Virus record (IMG/VR): IMGVR_UViG_3300042898_002514
From: a virus
Reading direction: 5' to 3' (one strand)
DNA length: 64,000 nucleotides
Positions within the stretch are counted from its first letter, which is position 1; each line of letters opens with the position of its first letter. The translations under genes and the position numbers were made by a program. The notes beneath the pieces were generated by a model. That model did not search any database. It was not told the origin of the DNA and saw only the letters and a program-made list of their open reading frames with translations. Shown here piece by piece: positions 27,649 through 37,996 of the stretch.

Positions 27649-28201
27649 CCACTCGCCAAACCTTTTGATCGGGACTTCGACAAATAATTCCTTGTTGCAT
27701 ATCAACTTTTCCAATATCGGGTTTGGATTCAATAAACCATTTACAGAAACTGCCTCTGTATCTAAATATATCTTTGTAGGCAGGATGCACTTGAACTTCA
27801 CTTTCCCAAATCAAATCACCTACAGATACTGTGGCCTTGTGTTTAGGTTTGGGTTCATCTGTGCAAATCAATTCTTGACTGCCGGTAATTTTAGTACCAC
27901 TTACAGATTCCAAAATACTCACACGCCCGGAATTCAACGCCTTGGCACAGATAGTATCCAAACTGTCATTGACACTGCCAATTTCCTCACCTTGAGCAGT
28001 ATGCCATTTGTTATTGATATAGGCTCGAAATGTAATTCGGCACAAGTTCTTACCGTTGCCTTCTGGTAACACCTTTCGTTCTACATCTGCAATCTGTTCA
28101 ATTGATGAAGTCAGTTTGCTCACGGTAGACGAGCGAGTATAACACTCTGCCTGCGCAGTTGCGGCTGACAGCAACACCAAACCAATTAGAAGCCTTGACA
28201 T
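27635..28201 (-). CDS. secreted Cys-containing hypothetical protein
   Basis: Signal peptide ending AQA. Confidence 0.75.
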   Translation of the reverse strand: MSRLLIGLVLLSAATAQAECYTRSSTVSKLTSSIEQIADVERKVLPEGNGKNLCRITFRAYINNKWHTAQGEEIGSVNDSLDTICAKALNSGRVSILESVSGTKITGSQELICTDEPKPKHKATVSVGDLIWESEVQVHPAYKDIFRYRGSFCKWFIESKPDIGKVDMQQGIICRSPDQKVWRVVDKW

Positions 28202-28464
28202 TGTGTTCTTATTGTCCATAAGACTACCTTTGCTGATTGTGTTCGTTGTATGGCAGTTTGGTTACCAGATATCGTAGCAAAGGTCCCCTGCCAAGTGGGA
28301 TTTTCAATTTGCGGATTAGAAATTATTGTTTCTAGATCTGCTGACATCATGTTTCCATATCTACAATCAACCTGAAGTGGTTGAATTGGGTGATTTGGAC
28401 TAGCACTGTTGTGCTGTGCAGTTGCACAGCCAGATAATAGTAGAACAAGTAATAGTGGTTTCAT
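28186..28464 (-). CDS. putative lipoprotein
   Basis: Lipobox LSGC. Confidence 0.7.
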   Translation of the reverse strand: MKPLLLVLLLSGCATAQHNSASPNHPIQPLQVDCRYGNMMSADLETIISNPQIENPTWQGTFATISGNQTAIQRTQSAKVVLWTIRTQCQGF

Positions 28465-28712
28465 TCTCTGCTCAATCTGCTCCAAACAAGGAACTCTTTA
28501 AAGGCTGTATAAACTGTGGCAGCTTCCTTGTCATCTACAGGAACCTTTGTGCCGCGAACATAGAATCCATCTTCAGCAACACGAAGCATCTCAACTCCCT
28601 TGTTGTTCAGAATAATATTGTTTGGTTTAGATTTAGGAAGTCTGAATCTTGTGGTATCGTCAGTGGTCCAATTGGCAACCACTTTGTTTAATTCTGTGAA
28701 ATCGTATGCCAT
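28461..28712 (-). CDS. hypothetical protein
   Basis: 83 aa coupled ORF. Confidence 0.7.
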   Translation of the reverse strand: MAYDFTELNKVVANWTTDDTTRFRLPKSKPNNIILNNKGVEMLRVAEDGFYVRGTKVPVDDKEAATVYTAFKEFLVWSRLSRE

Positions 28713-28713
28713 T

Positions 28714-28980
28714 TTATTTGTCGCTGTCTTTGATAGTGGTTAGTAAAGTATTTCGCTGTTCTTTATAACGAGTCCAACTGGTCTTTAAAGAATCCAAAAC
28801 AAACCATTTAAAAAATACTATCAGCAGTAGAATCATTCCAACTAAATTCATACCAGACGATATTTCTGTGCCTATAGCGAACAGACTGCCTACATTAAAA
28901 ACTAGGCTAGCCAACAAGATCCATTGCCATATTTCCAACTTTGAGAACCACCAACGGATAAATCCAATTTGTTCTTTCAT
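28714..28980 (-). CDS. two-TM membrane protein
   Basis: Two hydrophobic segments. Confidence 0.7.
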   Translation of the reverse strand: MKEQIGFIRWWFSKLEIWQWILLASLVFNVGSLFAIGTEISSGMNLVGMILLLIVFFKWFVLDSLKTSWTRYKEQRNTLLTTIKDSDK

Positions 28981-30299
28981 TAGATTTTTTCTCCAGCTTT
29001 AAAGCCACGGAATCGTAGGAAGCGTGGAAAGCGTAGACTGTAGGTTCCGTCTTGATTCTGTGTAACAGCATCGGCACGTACTTCCACTACCTGTCCAACC
29101 ACTGTATCACGTTCTTGCCAATAAGAATCACGATCCCCGTCACTAAAACCACTGCCCACATTGACGCAAATTGTCTTATCATCATCGACGCCCTCGCAGA
29201 CCAAAGCACCAAGGCGTCCAACATTTCTTCCGGTACCTTCTTCCACGGATGTGATCGAAAGGCTAACTTCGATAAAGGGTTTTTGTTTAAGCCACGAAAC
29301 AGATCTTTTACATTCATATTTGGCCTCTGGATCCTTAATCATAATGCCTTCGAAACCTTCAGCAACCATTTTCTTGTTGTAGTCTCGATATTCAATGTCA
29401 CCTACAAACTCATCTAGGTTGACTTCAATCTGCGGAATGATCTCAACGCACCCGCTGTCTGCAAAGATGTTAGCCCAATTCTTTAGTAGATTGGAACGTC
29501 GACGTTGTCCCATCACACTCTTGCCAGCTTTAAACTCTACAAGTGGAACAGCATCGAACAAACATAAACGAGCATCCTGTGCCTGCACATTACTCTTACG
29601 ATGAACCTGTTTCATGAGGTCCTGGAATGAATGACTAACAACTTCACCGTCAAATACCATACTGCGACCAATCTCTTCGATATAGCCTTCTAGGTAACTA
29701 GTGATGTGTGCAAAGTTTTCAAGAACTTTACCATTGCGTGTGTACATGGTAACAGTTTTGGATTCGTAGTCTACTACAGTGATAGCACGAACACCATCCA
29801 ACTTAGGCTCAAGCAGTTTCTTACCTGTGATCTTCTTTTCGTGATTGGCACCGTCGTGTGCCAGCATACATTCAAACACAGGTACAGATGCAATAGTTTT
29901 GCCCTTGAGTACCTTGTTGACTGTTTTCTCGCTGACACCACAGCGCAAATCCTTGATCAGTATACGACGATACCAATCGTTCCACTGCCCTTGCGTAGCC
30001 ACATCCATGGCCAGTTGAATAGCATCACGGGCATCGTGCCCTGTAAGTTTACGGCGATAAAGACTGTCCGCGAGCTCAACAAAGTTAGTCCAGCTAAGAC
30101 CTTGTCCTTCAGCTTTATCTTTTGTGGGAACCTGTTTAACACCAAAGGTGTACAAGTTATCCAAACACATTCTAAGTCCTTCGAAGAATTCGTCTAGACC
30201 TTCTTCAACGGCAGCTTCGAGTATCTGTTCTTTATTAATACGGCTATTGTGGATTTCCAATTGCCGAATAATGAATTCTGGTTGTGTTCGCAAAATCAA
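28980..30299 (-). CDS. lig: ATP-dependent DNA ligase
   Basis: EPKLDGVR, FDGEV, EGIMIK, WLKQK, VGSGF, SLRFPRF. Confidence 0.95.
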   Translation of the reverse strand: MILRTQPEFIIRQLEIHNSRINKEQILEAAVEEGLDEFFEGLRMCLDNLYTFGVKQVPTKDKAEGQGLSWTNFVELADSLYRRKLTGHDARDAIQLAMDVATQGQWNDWYRRILIKDLRCGVSEKTVNKVLKGKTIASVPVFECMLAHDGANHEKKITGKKLLEPKLDGVRAITVVDYESKTVTMYTRNGKVLENFAHITSYLEGYIEEIGRSMVFDGEVVSHSFQDLMKQVHRKSNVQAQDARLCLFDAVPLVEFKAGKSVMGQRRRSNLLKNWANIFADSGCVEIIPQIEVNLDEFVGDIEYRDYNKKMVAEGFEGIMIKDPEAKYECKRSVSWLKQKPFIEVSLSITSVEEGTGRNVGRLGALVCEGVDDDKTICVNVGSGFSDGDRDSYWQERDTVVGQVVEVRADAVTQNQDGTYSLRFPRFLRFRGFKAGEKI

Positions 30300-30382
30300 C
30301 TCCTAATCGTTTACTATGCTACTAGTATACTACATTAGGGGTTGGTTGTCAACCAGTTTGTGAGTGGATGATTGGATTGTGG

Positions 30383-31900
30383 TTATTTGAACACAAAACT
30401 AATTTTTTTGGAGGGTTTAGCGTTAGATGTGTAATGATCTGACTCGATAGCTATTTTGCCAGCAAATGTGGGAGGCCATACCACATTGAAATCGTTAAAC
30501 TTGATACCCTTTGAAGATCGTTCAGTGTCAGTATAGACCTGTACCATTTGCGACTTGTTGAGAACAGCCTTGAAAAAATCAGTCATCAGCGATGAATTTT
30601 CATTGAGTTTAAATTTTAACAGTTTAGCGCAATTGCCTAACAAATGGTAGCCCATTTGAAATTTGGCATTGCTGAGATCTACACCTATGTTTGAAATCAC
30701 CGACTTGCCTGCTTTGTTTGTGATAGGTGCTCCTAAAAATGCCTTGGCCTTGTAGACAGTTGGCAAATTAGGATAGTTTTGTAGGTCTTGTTCAGTGCCT
30801 GTGCCTTTGCCATAGATGCTGACAATAAAATCTTTTTCTTCTTCAGTGATAATCTGTTGCAGTACACATGCAGCCAATACTCCGGGAATTGCTTGATTTT
30901 TATGCAGCACTTCAAAGGTAGATAATATTGGCGAATATTTTTTATAAAACTTGGTGCCTGGACCAAACTCTTCCGGATACTTGTCTATGGTTTCCATGGC
31001 ACCAGTAAGGCTGGCCGGTGCTCCACCTGTTTTATTCTTGCTGCTGATAATTATTTTGGTGTCACCGGCATACAAAAAAGAATCACCAATCTTCTCGCCA
31101 AAAGCTCCAAAAGAAACTTCGGTAAAATCACCCCAAGTTAGTCCTAATGGACCCAGTAGATTCTGTTCAGCATCACTATACGATCCGCTGACTCGTTTGT
31201 TTAAGGCCAACGCTATGGGCGCGGCTGACTCACCAAATACCACTTCAACTTGATCAGCATATTGTTCTAGATTAGGCACAGGCCCTGTGTTGTTGATTAA
31301 ATCGTCTATGAGAGCAGGCAATCCTACTTTGAGATTTTGCGGATAGGTATCCGGGCGAGCATTTAGATTTTGAGCGATTAGTCCAGGGAGAGCTGTTATC
31401 TGATATCGTCCAGGTCTAACAAAATCATACGGACTGATTTTTACTTCAGCGGCCTTGGCTGTAGCCGACTTGCCCTTGCCAGTCTGACTCCATCCTGTAT
31501 CTTGAGTAAACACGCTGGTCTGCCAATATATTGGAGGATGAACTGATTTCTTTTCTTTGACAAATTTAACAAATGCTATTTTCTTATTCTGATCACCAAT
31601 AATTACCACCATTGCAGCACCGGAGTTGTTCTTGGCCCCTATGTATTTTTGTACAGCCGCTCCTTGTTCTTGAAGGTATTGATCTATATCTAACTTCATA
31701 GAGTCAGTGGCTGGAGTTTCTGGGTTTTCTGGATCAGGTTCGTATTTTAATCGTTGATCTTGCGGGAACACTGCAACATCAACAAGTTCGTAGGTTTGAT
31801 TACCGTTGAGAAACTGGATATTTGCACCAGATTTTTTCTCTAACATGCGGTCCCACATTCCGCCTTGGGCTTCAACTAATAGGAATTCAAAAAATCTCAT
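30383..31900 (-). CDS. hypothetical protein with MRFFEF N-terminus
   Basis: 505 aa; TAAATA 5 nt upstream. Confidence 0.8.
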   Translation of the reverse strand: MRFFEFLLVEAQGGMWDRMLEKKSGANIQFLNGNQTYELVDVAVFPQDQRLKYEPDPENPETPATDSMKLDIDQYLQEQGAAVQKYIGAKNNSGAAMVVIIGDQNKKIAFVKFVKEKKSVHPPIYWQTSVFTQDTGWSQTGKGKSATAKAAEVKISPYDFVRPGRYQITALPGLIAQNLNARPDTYPQNLKVGLPALIDDLINNTGPVPNLEQYADQVEVVFGESAAPIALALNKRVSGSYSDAEQNLLGPLGLTWGDFTEVSFGAFGEKIGDSFLYAGDTKIIISSKNKTGGAPASLTGAMETIDKYPEEFGPGTKFYKKYSPILSTFEVLHKNQAIPGVLAACVLQQIITEEEKDFIVSIYGKGTGTEQDLQNYPNLPTVYKAKAFLGAPITNKAGKSVISNIGVDLSNAKFQMGYHLLGNCAKLLKFKLNENSSLMTDFFKAVLNKSQMVQVYTDTERSSKGIKFNDFNVVWPPTFAGKIAIESDHYTSNAKPSKKISFVFK

Positions 31901-31908
31901 AGTAATAT

Positions 31909-32424
31909 TTAGCCTAAATAGTTGGACCAGCTGGGGTGATGAAAATGATAGCCTCTATCTCGGCGTTTAGCCACTAGATCCCAAAATGTAGGCTTGTAGG
32001 GTGTGATCTTTGGCTTCATCTTGCCCACGTGAGCTGCTTTCTTGTAGTTGCAGCTCTTGCAGGCAGTGGCGGAGTTTTCCCAAGTGGTCTTGCCACCTTT
32101 GCTCACAGGCAGTACGTGATCCAACGTGGCAGTGACTTCTGTGACTGCGATGCCACAATATTGGCAGGTGTAGGCATCACGCAGAAATATGTTGCGTTTG
32201 CTTAATCTCATAGTGTGCTTGGGTTTTTGATATTGATTCAACATGATCACCGCAGGCACACGAGTCTGCCATCTAGCACTGTGTACTATCCAATCTTCGT
32301 GCCATTCAAGCACCTTGACCTTGTCTAGGACCATATATCTGATGGCTTCCTGCCATTCGACCACACTCAGTGGAAGTAGGCTCACGGGTTGCATATCTGC
32401 GTTTAATAAAAGTGTACTGCTCAT
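31909..32424 (-). CDS. HNH endonuclease
   Basis: RD...CQYC, TLDHVLP.SKGG, WEN...AC..CN..K. Confidence 0.92.
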   Translation of the reverse strand: MSSTLLLNADMQPVSLLPLSVVEWQEAIRYMVLDKVKVLEWHEDWIVHSARWQTRVPAVIMLNQYQKPKHTMRLSKRNIFLRDAYTCQYCGIAVTEVTATLDHVLPVSKGGKTTWENSATACKSCNYKKAAHVGKMKPKITPYKPTFWDLVAKRRDRGYHFHHPSWSNYLG

Positions 32425-32552
32425 TTTGATTTACTAATCATCTATCGGACAAGTATTTAACATATAGCATCATTATACACTCAGATTACTTGCAAAGCAA
32501 GACAAATTTGTATAAAATATATGATACAACAAATTTATAAAAGGATTAGCGA

Positions 32553-33137
32553 ATGTTAGTACCAATGGTAATTGAATCATCTAGTAAAGGCGAACGAGCC
32601 TACGACATTTACAGCCGACTGCTCAAAGAAAGAATTATCATGCTGAATGGTCCTGTAGAGGATCAAATGGCCAATGTTATTGTAGCCCAATTACTATTTC
32701 TAGAAAGTGAAAATCCAGACAAAGACATCAGCCTGTTTATCAACAGTCCCGGTGGAGTTGTCACATCGGGTATGAGCATCTATGACACCATGCAATTTAT
32801 CAAACCCGATGTATCAACCTATGTTATGGGACAGGCCTGTTCAATGGGATCATTGTTGGCCACTGCCGGAGCCAAAGGCAAACGTTTTATGTTGCCCAAT
32901 GCTCGACACATGATTCATCAACCCAGTGGCGGTGCTCGCGGACAGGCCACAGATATGCAGATTCAAGTTGAAGAGATTATTAAAATGAAAAAGACATTGA
33001 CTGAAATCTATGTCAAACACAACAGCCAGGGCAAAACTTTTGCACAGATGACTGCTGATATGGAACGAGACAAATTTATGAGTGCTGATGAAGCATTGGC
33101 CTACGGACTCATCGACAAAATTATAACGGAGAGATAA
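32553..33137 (+). CDS. clpP: ATP-dependent Clp protease proteolytic subunit
   Basis: [30 protein letters not shown]. Confidence 0.97.
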   Translation: MLVPMVIESSSKGERAYDIYSRLLKERIIMLNGPVEDQMANVIVAQLLFLESENPDKDISLFINSPGGVVTSGMSIYDTMQFIKPDVSTYVMGQACSMGSLLATAGAKGKRFMLPNARHMIHQPSGGARGQATDMQIQVEEIIKMKKTLTEIYVKHNSQGKTFAQMTADMERDKFMSADEALAYGLIDKIITER

Positions 33138-33520
33138 TGAACTTACAGACATTGGGTAAAATAGACAAGGGTTGGGGATTTGAATTGGTGTTTGCCAACA
33201 ACGACAAATACTGCGGCAAACTATTGGTATTTGAACGTGCAGGGGCCAAGACCAGTTTGGTGTTTCACAAAGAAAAAGCCAAGAGTTGGTTTGTGAATGC
33301 AGGCAAGTTCAAAGTTAAATTTATCGATGTTGCCACCGGAGAAGTAAAAGAAGCTGTGCTAGAAGAAGGACAGACTGCTGACTTTGGGCAGCTAGGACCA
33401 CATCAAGTAGAATCTCTAGTGGCCAACAGTGTGATATTTGAAGTTGGTACTGGAGACTATGCAGAAGATCGTTTTAGACTTGCGCCGGGTGACACGCAAA
33501 TGAAGCAGTCAGCGCCGTAA
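33137..33520 (+). CDS. cupin-fold protein (sugar isomerase-like)
   Basis: KGWG.E, YCGKLL, S..FH..K...W. Confidence 0.7.
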   Translation: MNLQTLGKIDKGWGFELVFANNDKYCGKLLVFERAGAKTSLVFHKEKAKSWFVNAGKFKVKFIDVATGEVKEAVLEEGQTADFGQLGPHQVESLVANSVIFEVGTGDYAEDRFRLAPGDTQMKQSAP

Positions 33521-34685
33521 TCAGATCTTCAATCATACCATCATCGTGAAACGGAGTGGGAGCAATACGCAACCGCTCCGTTCCTACGGCAACTGTGGGA
33601 TTGTTGATAGGCTGTATGTAGATGTTGTGTTCGTTGAGCAGTTCATCACTGATGGCTTTACAGCGAACAGCTTCTCCTACTAGGATAGGTACAATGTGAG
33701 TGGTAGTACATTCCATTGCAGGCATACCGGCCACAGATAATCTATGCTTGAGCTTACGAGCCCGTTCTTGATGTTTGTCACGCAATTCATTGTGATCCTT
33801 TAGGTACTTGACCGCAGCCAGGGCACCAGCACAACTTACAGGACTCATACTTGTGGTAAAGATAAAGCCCGCAGCTACTGAACGGATGGCGTCAATGACT
33901 TCTACATCGGCAGCTATATAACCACCTTGGACTCCATAGGCTTTCCCTAATGTACCATTGACTATGTCAATACGGGATTGTAGCCCAAGCTCTTCAACTT
34001 TCCCACCACCGTGGGGACCATAGAGTCCTACCGCATGAACTTCATCGATATATGTTATAGCACCATAACGATCTGCTAGATCGCAGATTTCTTTGATGTG
34101 TCCAACATCGCCATCCATTGAGTAAACTGATTCAAATACTATACAGGGTGTATTGCCTGTGAGCTGTATGCTGGTTAATATATCTTCTAGGTGATTGAGA
34201 TCGTTGTGACGAAACACAGTCTTTGGAGCACGACTGTGTACCATACCTATGACTAGGCTGTTGTGGTTCTCACTGTCTGATACAAAATGTATGTTGGGTA
34301 TGATCTTGCTTAAAGCAATTAATGTCCACTCGTTGGCCACATAGGCTGAACTAAACAGCAAGGCCTTAGCTTTGTTGTGCAAGGTGGCTAGTTCGTGTTC
34401 TAGAGCCACGTGATAGTGACTGGTGCCTGCAATATTGCGAGTGCCTCCGCTGCCTGCTCCTGTGTGATCTAGTGCAGTATGCATGGCATCTAGTACAACT
34501 TTATGCTGGCCCATACCTAGATAATCATTGCTACACCAGTTTGTGATAGTTTTGATATTATAGGGACCGTACCACATAGCTGAAGGGAACTTGCCCTTTT
34601 CGCGGATGATATCGTTAAACACACGATATTTGCCAGTGTCTTTAAGATTTTTTAGTAGAGCATTAAAGGGAGCTTTGTTTATCAT
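33474..34685 (-). CDS. hemA: 5-aminolevulinate synthase (PLP-dependent)
   Basis: [52 protein letters not shown]. Confidence 0.92.
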   Translation of the reverse strand: MINKAPFNALLKNLKDTGKYRVFNDIIREKGKFPSAMWYGPYNIKTITNWCSNDYLGMGQHKVVLDAMHTALDHTGAGSGGTRNIAGTSHYHVALEHELATLHNKAKALLFSSAYVANEWTLIALSKIIPNIHFVSDSENHNSLVIGMVHSRAPKTVFRHNDLNHLEDILTSIQLTGNTPCIVFESVYSMDGDVGHIKEICDLADRYGAITYIDEVHAVGLYGPHGGGKVEELGLQSRIDIVNGTLGKAYGVQGGYIAADVEVIDAIRSVAAGFIFTTSMSPVSCAGALAAVKYLKDHNELRDKHQERARKLKHRLSVAGMPAMECTTTHIVPILVGEAVRCKAISDELLNEHNIYIQPINNPTVAVGTERLRIAPTPFHDDGMIEDLITALTASFACHPAQV

Positions 34686-34730
34686 AGTAAGTGTATTTAA
34701 CCTGCTAAATATTAGACTGAGGATTTTGAA

Positions 34731-34961
34731 ATGGATATAGTTAAATTAGATGTACCCTTGTTTATACGCCTGCTAGAGCTGGCTCGCGAAGATGTCAAAC
34801 AAGATGCTGACCTGCATGATGTTGCAGAAGCTGTGATCAAATTATCACAAGAGGGTGTTGTTACTATGGCTGACTATGATCAAATCGTAGGTTTTATGCA
34901 AAAGCAAGGTGATCCTGCAAAAGAAGAAATTGCACGTATTAGACAACTAGGTGGTATGTAA
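34731..34961 (+). CDS. hypothetical late protein
   Basis: GAGG RBS, TAAATA upstream. Confidence 0.75.
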   Translation: MDIVKLDVPLFIRLLELAREDVKQDADLHDVAEAVIKLSQEGVVTMADYDQIVGFMQKQGDPAKEEIARIRQLGGM

Positions 34962-34963
34962 TA

Positions 34964-35932
34964 ATGGCCGATATAAACTATTGGGGACTAACCGGAACAA
35001 AACGTAGCGTTACCGGAATAACATTGGCCACTGCCACCGTTGACACACTAATCACAGCCATTGCCACAGACGAAGGACTACCAGCAGATTATTATCACTG
35101 GAGTCTCTTAAGTGATCCTAGCAAAAATAGCATTACCTTTGGTGATAGTTCTACAAAGTTATCAGCAATGGGGCTGGTAGACGGTGATACTGTGTTATGT
35201 ACTCCACAACAAAATGAAAGTAAACAAGAACGGCAGCTGAGAAAATTATATATTGCTCAGGCAAAAAAGCAAGCATTTGGCGACACAACTAAACCTTACT
35301 ATCGGGTGAACAACACTTTTGATATCACTCTATTACCGGACACCTATGCCACTGACGCAGATGATAATCCTAATACTGGAGGATTGCTACAAGGACGTCC
35401 GTGGATCAACGTTGCAGCTATTACATTTACATCTGGAGTTTATCATCGCACAGTAACCGGCACAACGAATGCTAATGGCTACTTTGGTACTGATTTTACT
35501 CCGGCTAACGATGATCTAACATTTTTTGACACCTATGCCGCAACGTCTCAAGGTGTCTATACAAGTTTAAACTTATCCAGCCTACCAGAGTATAGTAGTA
35601 TTATGCTAACAGGATACTTCTTAGCACCTACTACAGATACCTATACATTCTACACCAACACCGACGATGCTAGTTATATGTGGATAGGCCCGAATGCCAT
35701 CACTGGATATACTCATACCAATGCTATTGTACAGAATGGCGGCCTTCACGGTCCTGTAGAAGTGAGCGGAACCGTTGCAATGACCGCAAACATCTATTAT
35801 CCTTTCCGTGTTATGTTTGGTAACCTAACAGGCCCAGGAACAATGACAGTTAGTTGGGCATCTAGTACACAGGCTAAAACATCGACTTGGACAGGTAAAC
35901 TGTTCTACAACTCAGCCACTAACGGATTCTAA
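34964..35932 (+). CDS. PA14/GLEYA carbohydrate-binding domain protein with ubiquitin-like N-terminus
   Basis: GYFLAP.T..YTF...DDASYMWIG, NGGLHG, YYPFRV.FG. Confidence 0.75.
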   Translation: MADINYWGLTGTKRSVTGITLATATVDTLITAIATDEGLPADYYHWSLLSDPSKNSITFGDSSTKLSAMGLVDGDTVLCTPQQNESKQERQLRKLYIAQAKKQAFGDTTKPYYRVNNTFDITLLPDTYATDADDNPNTGGLLQGRPWINVAAITFTSGVYHRTVTGTTNANGYFGTDFTPANDDLTFFDTYAATSQGVYTSLNLSSLPEYSSIMLTGYFLAPTTDTYTFYTNTDDASYMWIGPNAITGYTHTNAIVQNGGLHGPVEVSGTVAMTANIYYPFRVMFGNLTGPGTMTVSWASSTQAKTSTWTGKLFYNSATNGF

Positions 35933-35933
35933 T

Positions 35934-36092
35934 ATGACTGAAGAAACAGAAACATATCAACGACTAAAACCCAAATGCACCTGCTGGTGTACCGCACACT
36001 GCGGATTCAGCTGTATGACAGACGGCTGCGATTGCCCGGACTGTGAATGTAGTGATTGTGTAGACAAAGGTATTCAACGAGGCTACAACTAA
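35934..36092 (+). CDS. 52-aa Cys-rich metallothionein-like peptide
   Basis: 10 Cys in CTCWCTAHCGFSCMTDGCDCPDCECSDC; fills the gap between coupled genes. Confidence 0.7.
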   Translation: MTEETETYQRLKPKCTCWCTAHCGFSCMTDGCDCPDCECSDCVDKGIQRGYN

Positions 36093-36727
36093 TGAGTTTC
36101 TTAGTGGCTAATCTGCCACCTGTACATTGTTTTGTAAGACGAGAATTTCTCTACGATTTTAAATCAGGATACGGAGAGTATGAACCCTGCATCTGGGTTA
36201 GTATCAAGAGCCTACGCAGTCAAGCATTCCGCATAGAAAGCTATTTGCCCAGATACGGTGCTCTCTATGACAAGCTGCCCCTACATGCCTATGTGAGTAG
36301 AAACACTGACTTAGAGTCGGACAAGTTCCTATCATTGGACACCTTACAGATTTGGGATTGTTTCAGCTATGACATAGCTGTGATCCAGAAAGCATTTCTA
36401 CGCAATCTCAGCTGTGAGTTCTATGCCAAGGATCGTCAGCTACACAAGGGCAAATACTTGTTCACAGTGGACAATGCCGCACCTGACATGAACATCATAG
36501 ACACCACATATTCAGAATGGCCTGAAGATCACAAGAGCTTTAACTTTATCGAACTAGACAACGGACAGTATGCCGCACAGCCCAACAATCGCTGCAGATT
36601 CTTTGATGCCGCCAGCAATCCCAAAGAAATGCTGCACCCAGACTTCAAAGTGGCCACTAAGAAGTGGGTGGTTGAACAGAACCCTAAATGGCGTCTAGGT
36701 GACTCAGACACTGTTACATACGAATAA
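36092..36727 (+). CDS. hypothetical phage protein
   Basis: MSFLVANLPP...AAQPNNR; ATG overlaps the upstream stop. Confidence 0.8.
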   Translation: MSFLVANLPPVHCFVRREFLYDFKSGYGEYEPCIWVSIKSLRSQAFRIESYLPRYGALYDKLPLHAYVSRNTDLESDKFLSLDTLQIWDCFSYDIAVIQKAFLRNLSCEFYAKDRQLHKGKYLFTVDNAAPDMNIIDTTYSEWPEDHKSFNFIELDNGQYAAQPNNRCRFFDAASNPKEMLHPDFKVATKKWVVEQNPKWRLGDSDTVTYE

Positions 36728-36751
36728 ATACTAGCACTTATTGGAGTTTAT

Positions 36752-37192
36752 ATGAAAAGATTTTTAGCCGTATTATTGTTAGTCCCGGTACTAGCATTTG
36801 CACAGGGCAAGATGCCTGCCAAGTCAGCGACTTATGACGCACAAGTTATTAGAGTGAGTGATGGCGATACTATTGTAATCGCCGCTCCCTTTCTACCACT
36901 ACCGCTCAAACCTGAACTTGCTGTTAGAATCTACGGAGTCGACACCCCGGAAAAAGGACACAGAGCTCAATGTCCACAAGAAGACCAGCGAGCGCAACTG
37001 GCGAGTAAATTTACAACTCAAGCCCTACAATCCCACCCAAAGCACCAAGTTATTATCTATGGATGGGATAAGTTTGGTGGCCGTATATTGGGAGATATCT
37101 TGGTAAACGGACAGAGCATTAGACAGGGACTTATTAGCAACGGTCACGCTCGTGAATACTACGGTGACGCTAAACAAAGCTGGTGCAATTAA
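36752..37192 (+). CDS. thermonuclease (SNase family) with signal peptide
   Basis: DGDT, RIYGVDTPE, DKFGGRILG. Confidence 0.9.
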   Translation: MKRFLAVLLLVPVLAFAQGKMPAKSATYDAQVIRVSDGDTIVIAAPFLPLPLKPELAVRIYGVDTPEKGHRAQCPQEDQRAQLASKFTTQALQSHPKHQVIIYGWDKFGGRILGDILVNGQSIRQGLISNGHAREYYGDAKQSWCN

Positions 37193-37199
37193 TTTTAGA

Positions 37200-37300
37200 A
37201 TAGAACACCTACCTTAGGAACGCTTGCGTTACTTGGTGTGCCCGGCTGCTGGGCAGAACGTTATCGGAGTCGTGCCCGGGAATGGCGTTCTAAGTGAGCA
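37200..37300 (+). ncRNA. putative structured RNA of unknown class
   Basis: GC-rich intergenic segment with stems ACACC/GGTGT, AACG/CGTT, TGCCC/GGGCA, AGAACGTTAT/ATGGCGTTCT. Confidence 0.5.
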
Positions 37301-37318
37301 CTAACATAAAGAGCTGTG

Positions 37319-37963
37319 ATGAAAAAGATTGCGTTATTCTTACATCAACCCAAGTGCAGTGTGCAAAGCGGCAATGGGATTATGCAAGCCCTGGGCTCAC
37401 ATTACAGTTTTAAAATATTCACCCGCCACGAAGTTGAGCGGGATTTCTTTGACGATGTAGACTGTATCTGTATTCCCGGAGGCATAGGGGATGCCAGTAG
37501 TTTTGATTATCTATTCAGCGAGAATGGAGATGCAGTCAAAAGATTTGTTCGTGGTGGTGGCCGGTACCTAGGCATCTGTATGGGAGCCTATTGGGCCGAA
37601 CATTACTATCTTGATCTACTCAAAGACATTCGTGCAGAACAATACATTACCCGTCCAGGTGCTGACACACGCAGACCACACGCCAAGAATCAACGAGTGT
37701 TGTGGCAGGGTGAAGAAGAATCTATGTTCTTCTATGATGGCTGTGCTCTAGTAGGTGCAGGCATTGACACAGCCAAGATATGGAGTCTGTATCCCAACGG
37801 TGATCCAATGGCTGTTATACAGGGCAATGTAGGCATCATGGGCTGTCATCCCGAAAGTCAACCTCATTGGTATGAAGGCTATTCATGGATGCAGGGTCTG
37901 TACCATAATGGTCACCACCACACATTGTTATTAGACTTTGTTGACGAATTGATGACTTTGTAA
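37319..37963 (+). CDS. BPL_N / class I glutamine amidotransferase-like protein
   Basis: IPGG, YLGICMGAY nucleophile elbow, HPE. Confidence 0.8.
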   Translation: MKKIALFLHQPKCSVQSGNGIMQALGSHYSFKIFTRHEVERDFFDDVDCICIPGGIGDASSFDYLFSENGDAVKRFVRGGGRYLGICMGAYWAEHYYLDLLKDIRAEQYITRPGADTRRPHAKNQRVLWQGEEESMFFYDGCALVGAGIDTAKIWSLYPNGDPMAVIQGNVGIMGCHPESQPHWYEGYSWMQGLYHNGHHHTLLLDFVDELMTL

Positions 37964-37975
37964 TCTTAGTGTAAT
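37958..37975 (+). promoter_or_regulatory. Pho-box-like direct repeat
   Basis: TTGTAAT-CTTA-GTGTAAT (11-bp period) about 10 nt upstream of a -10-like element before the plcP-like gene. Confidence 0.5.
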
Positions 37976-37996
37976 CGAATATTCGTTAAATATTTG

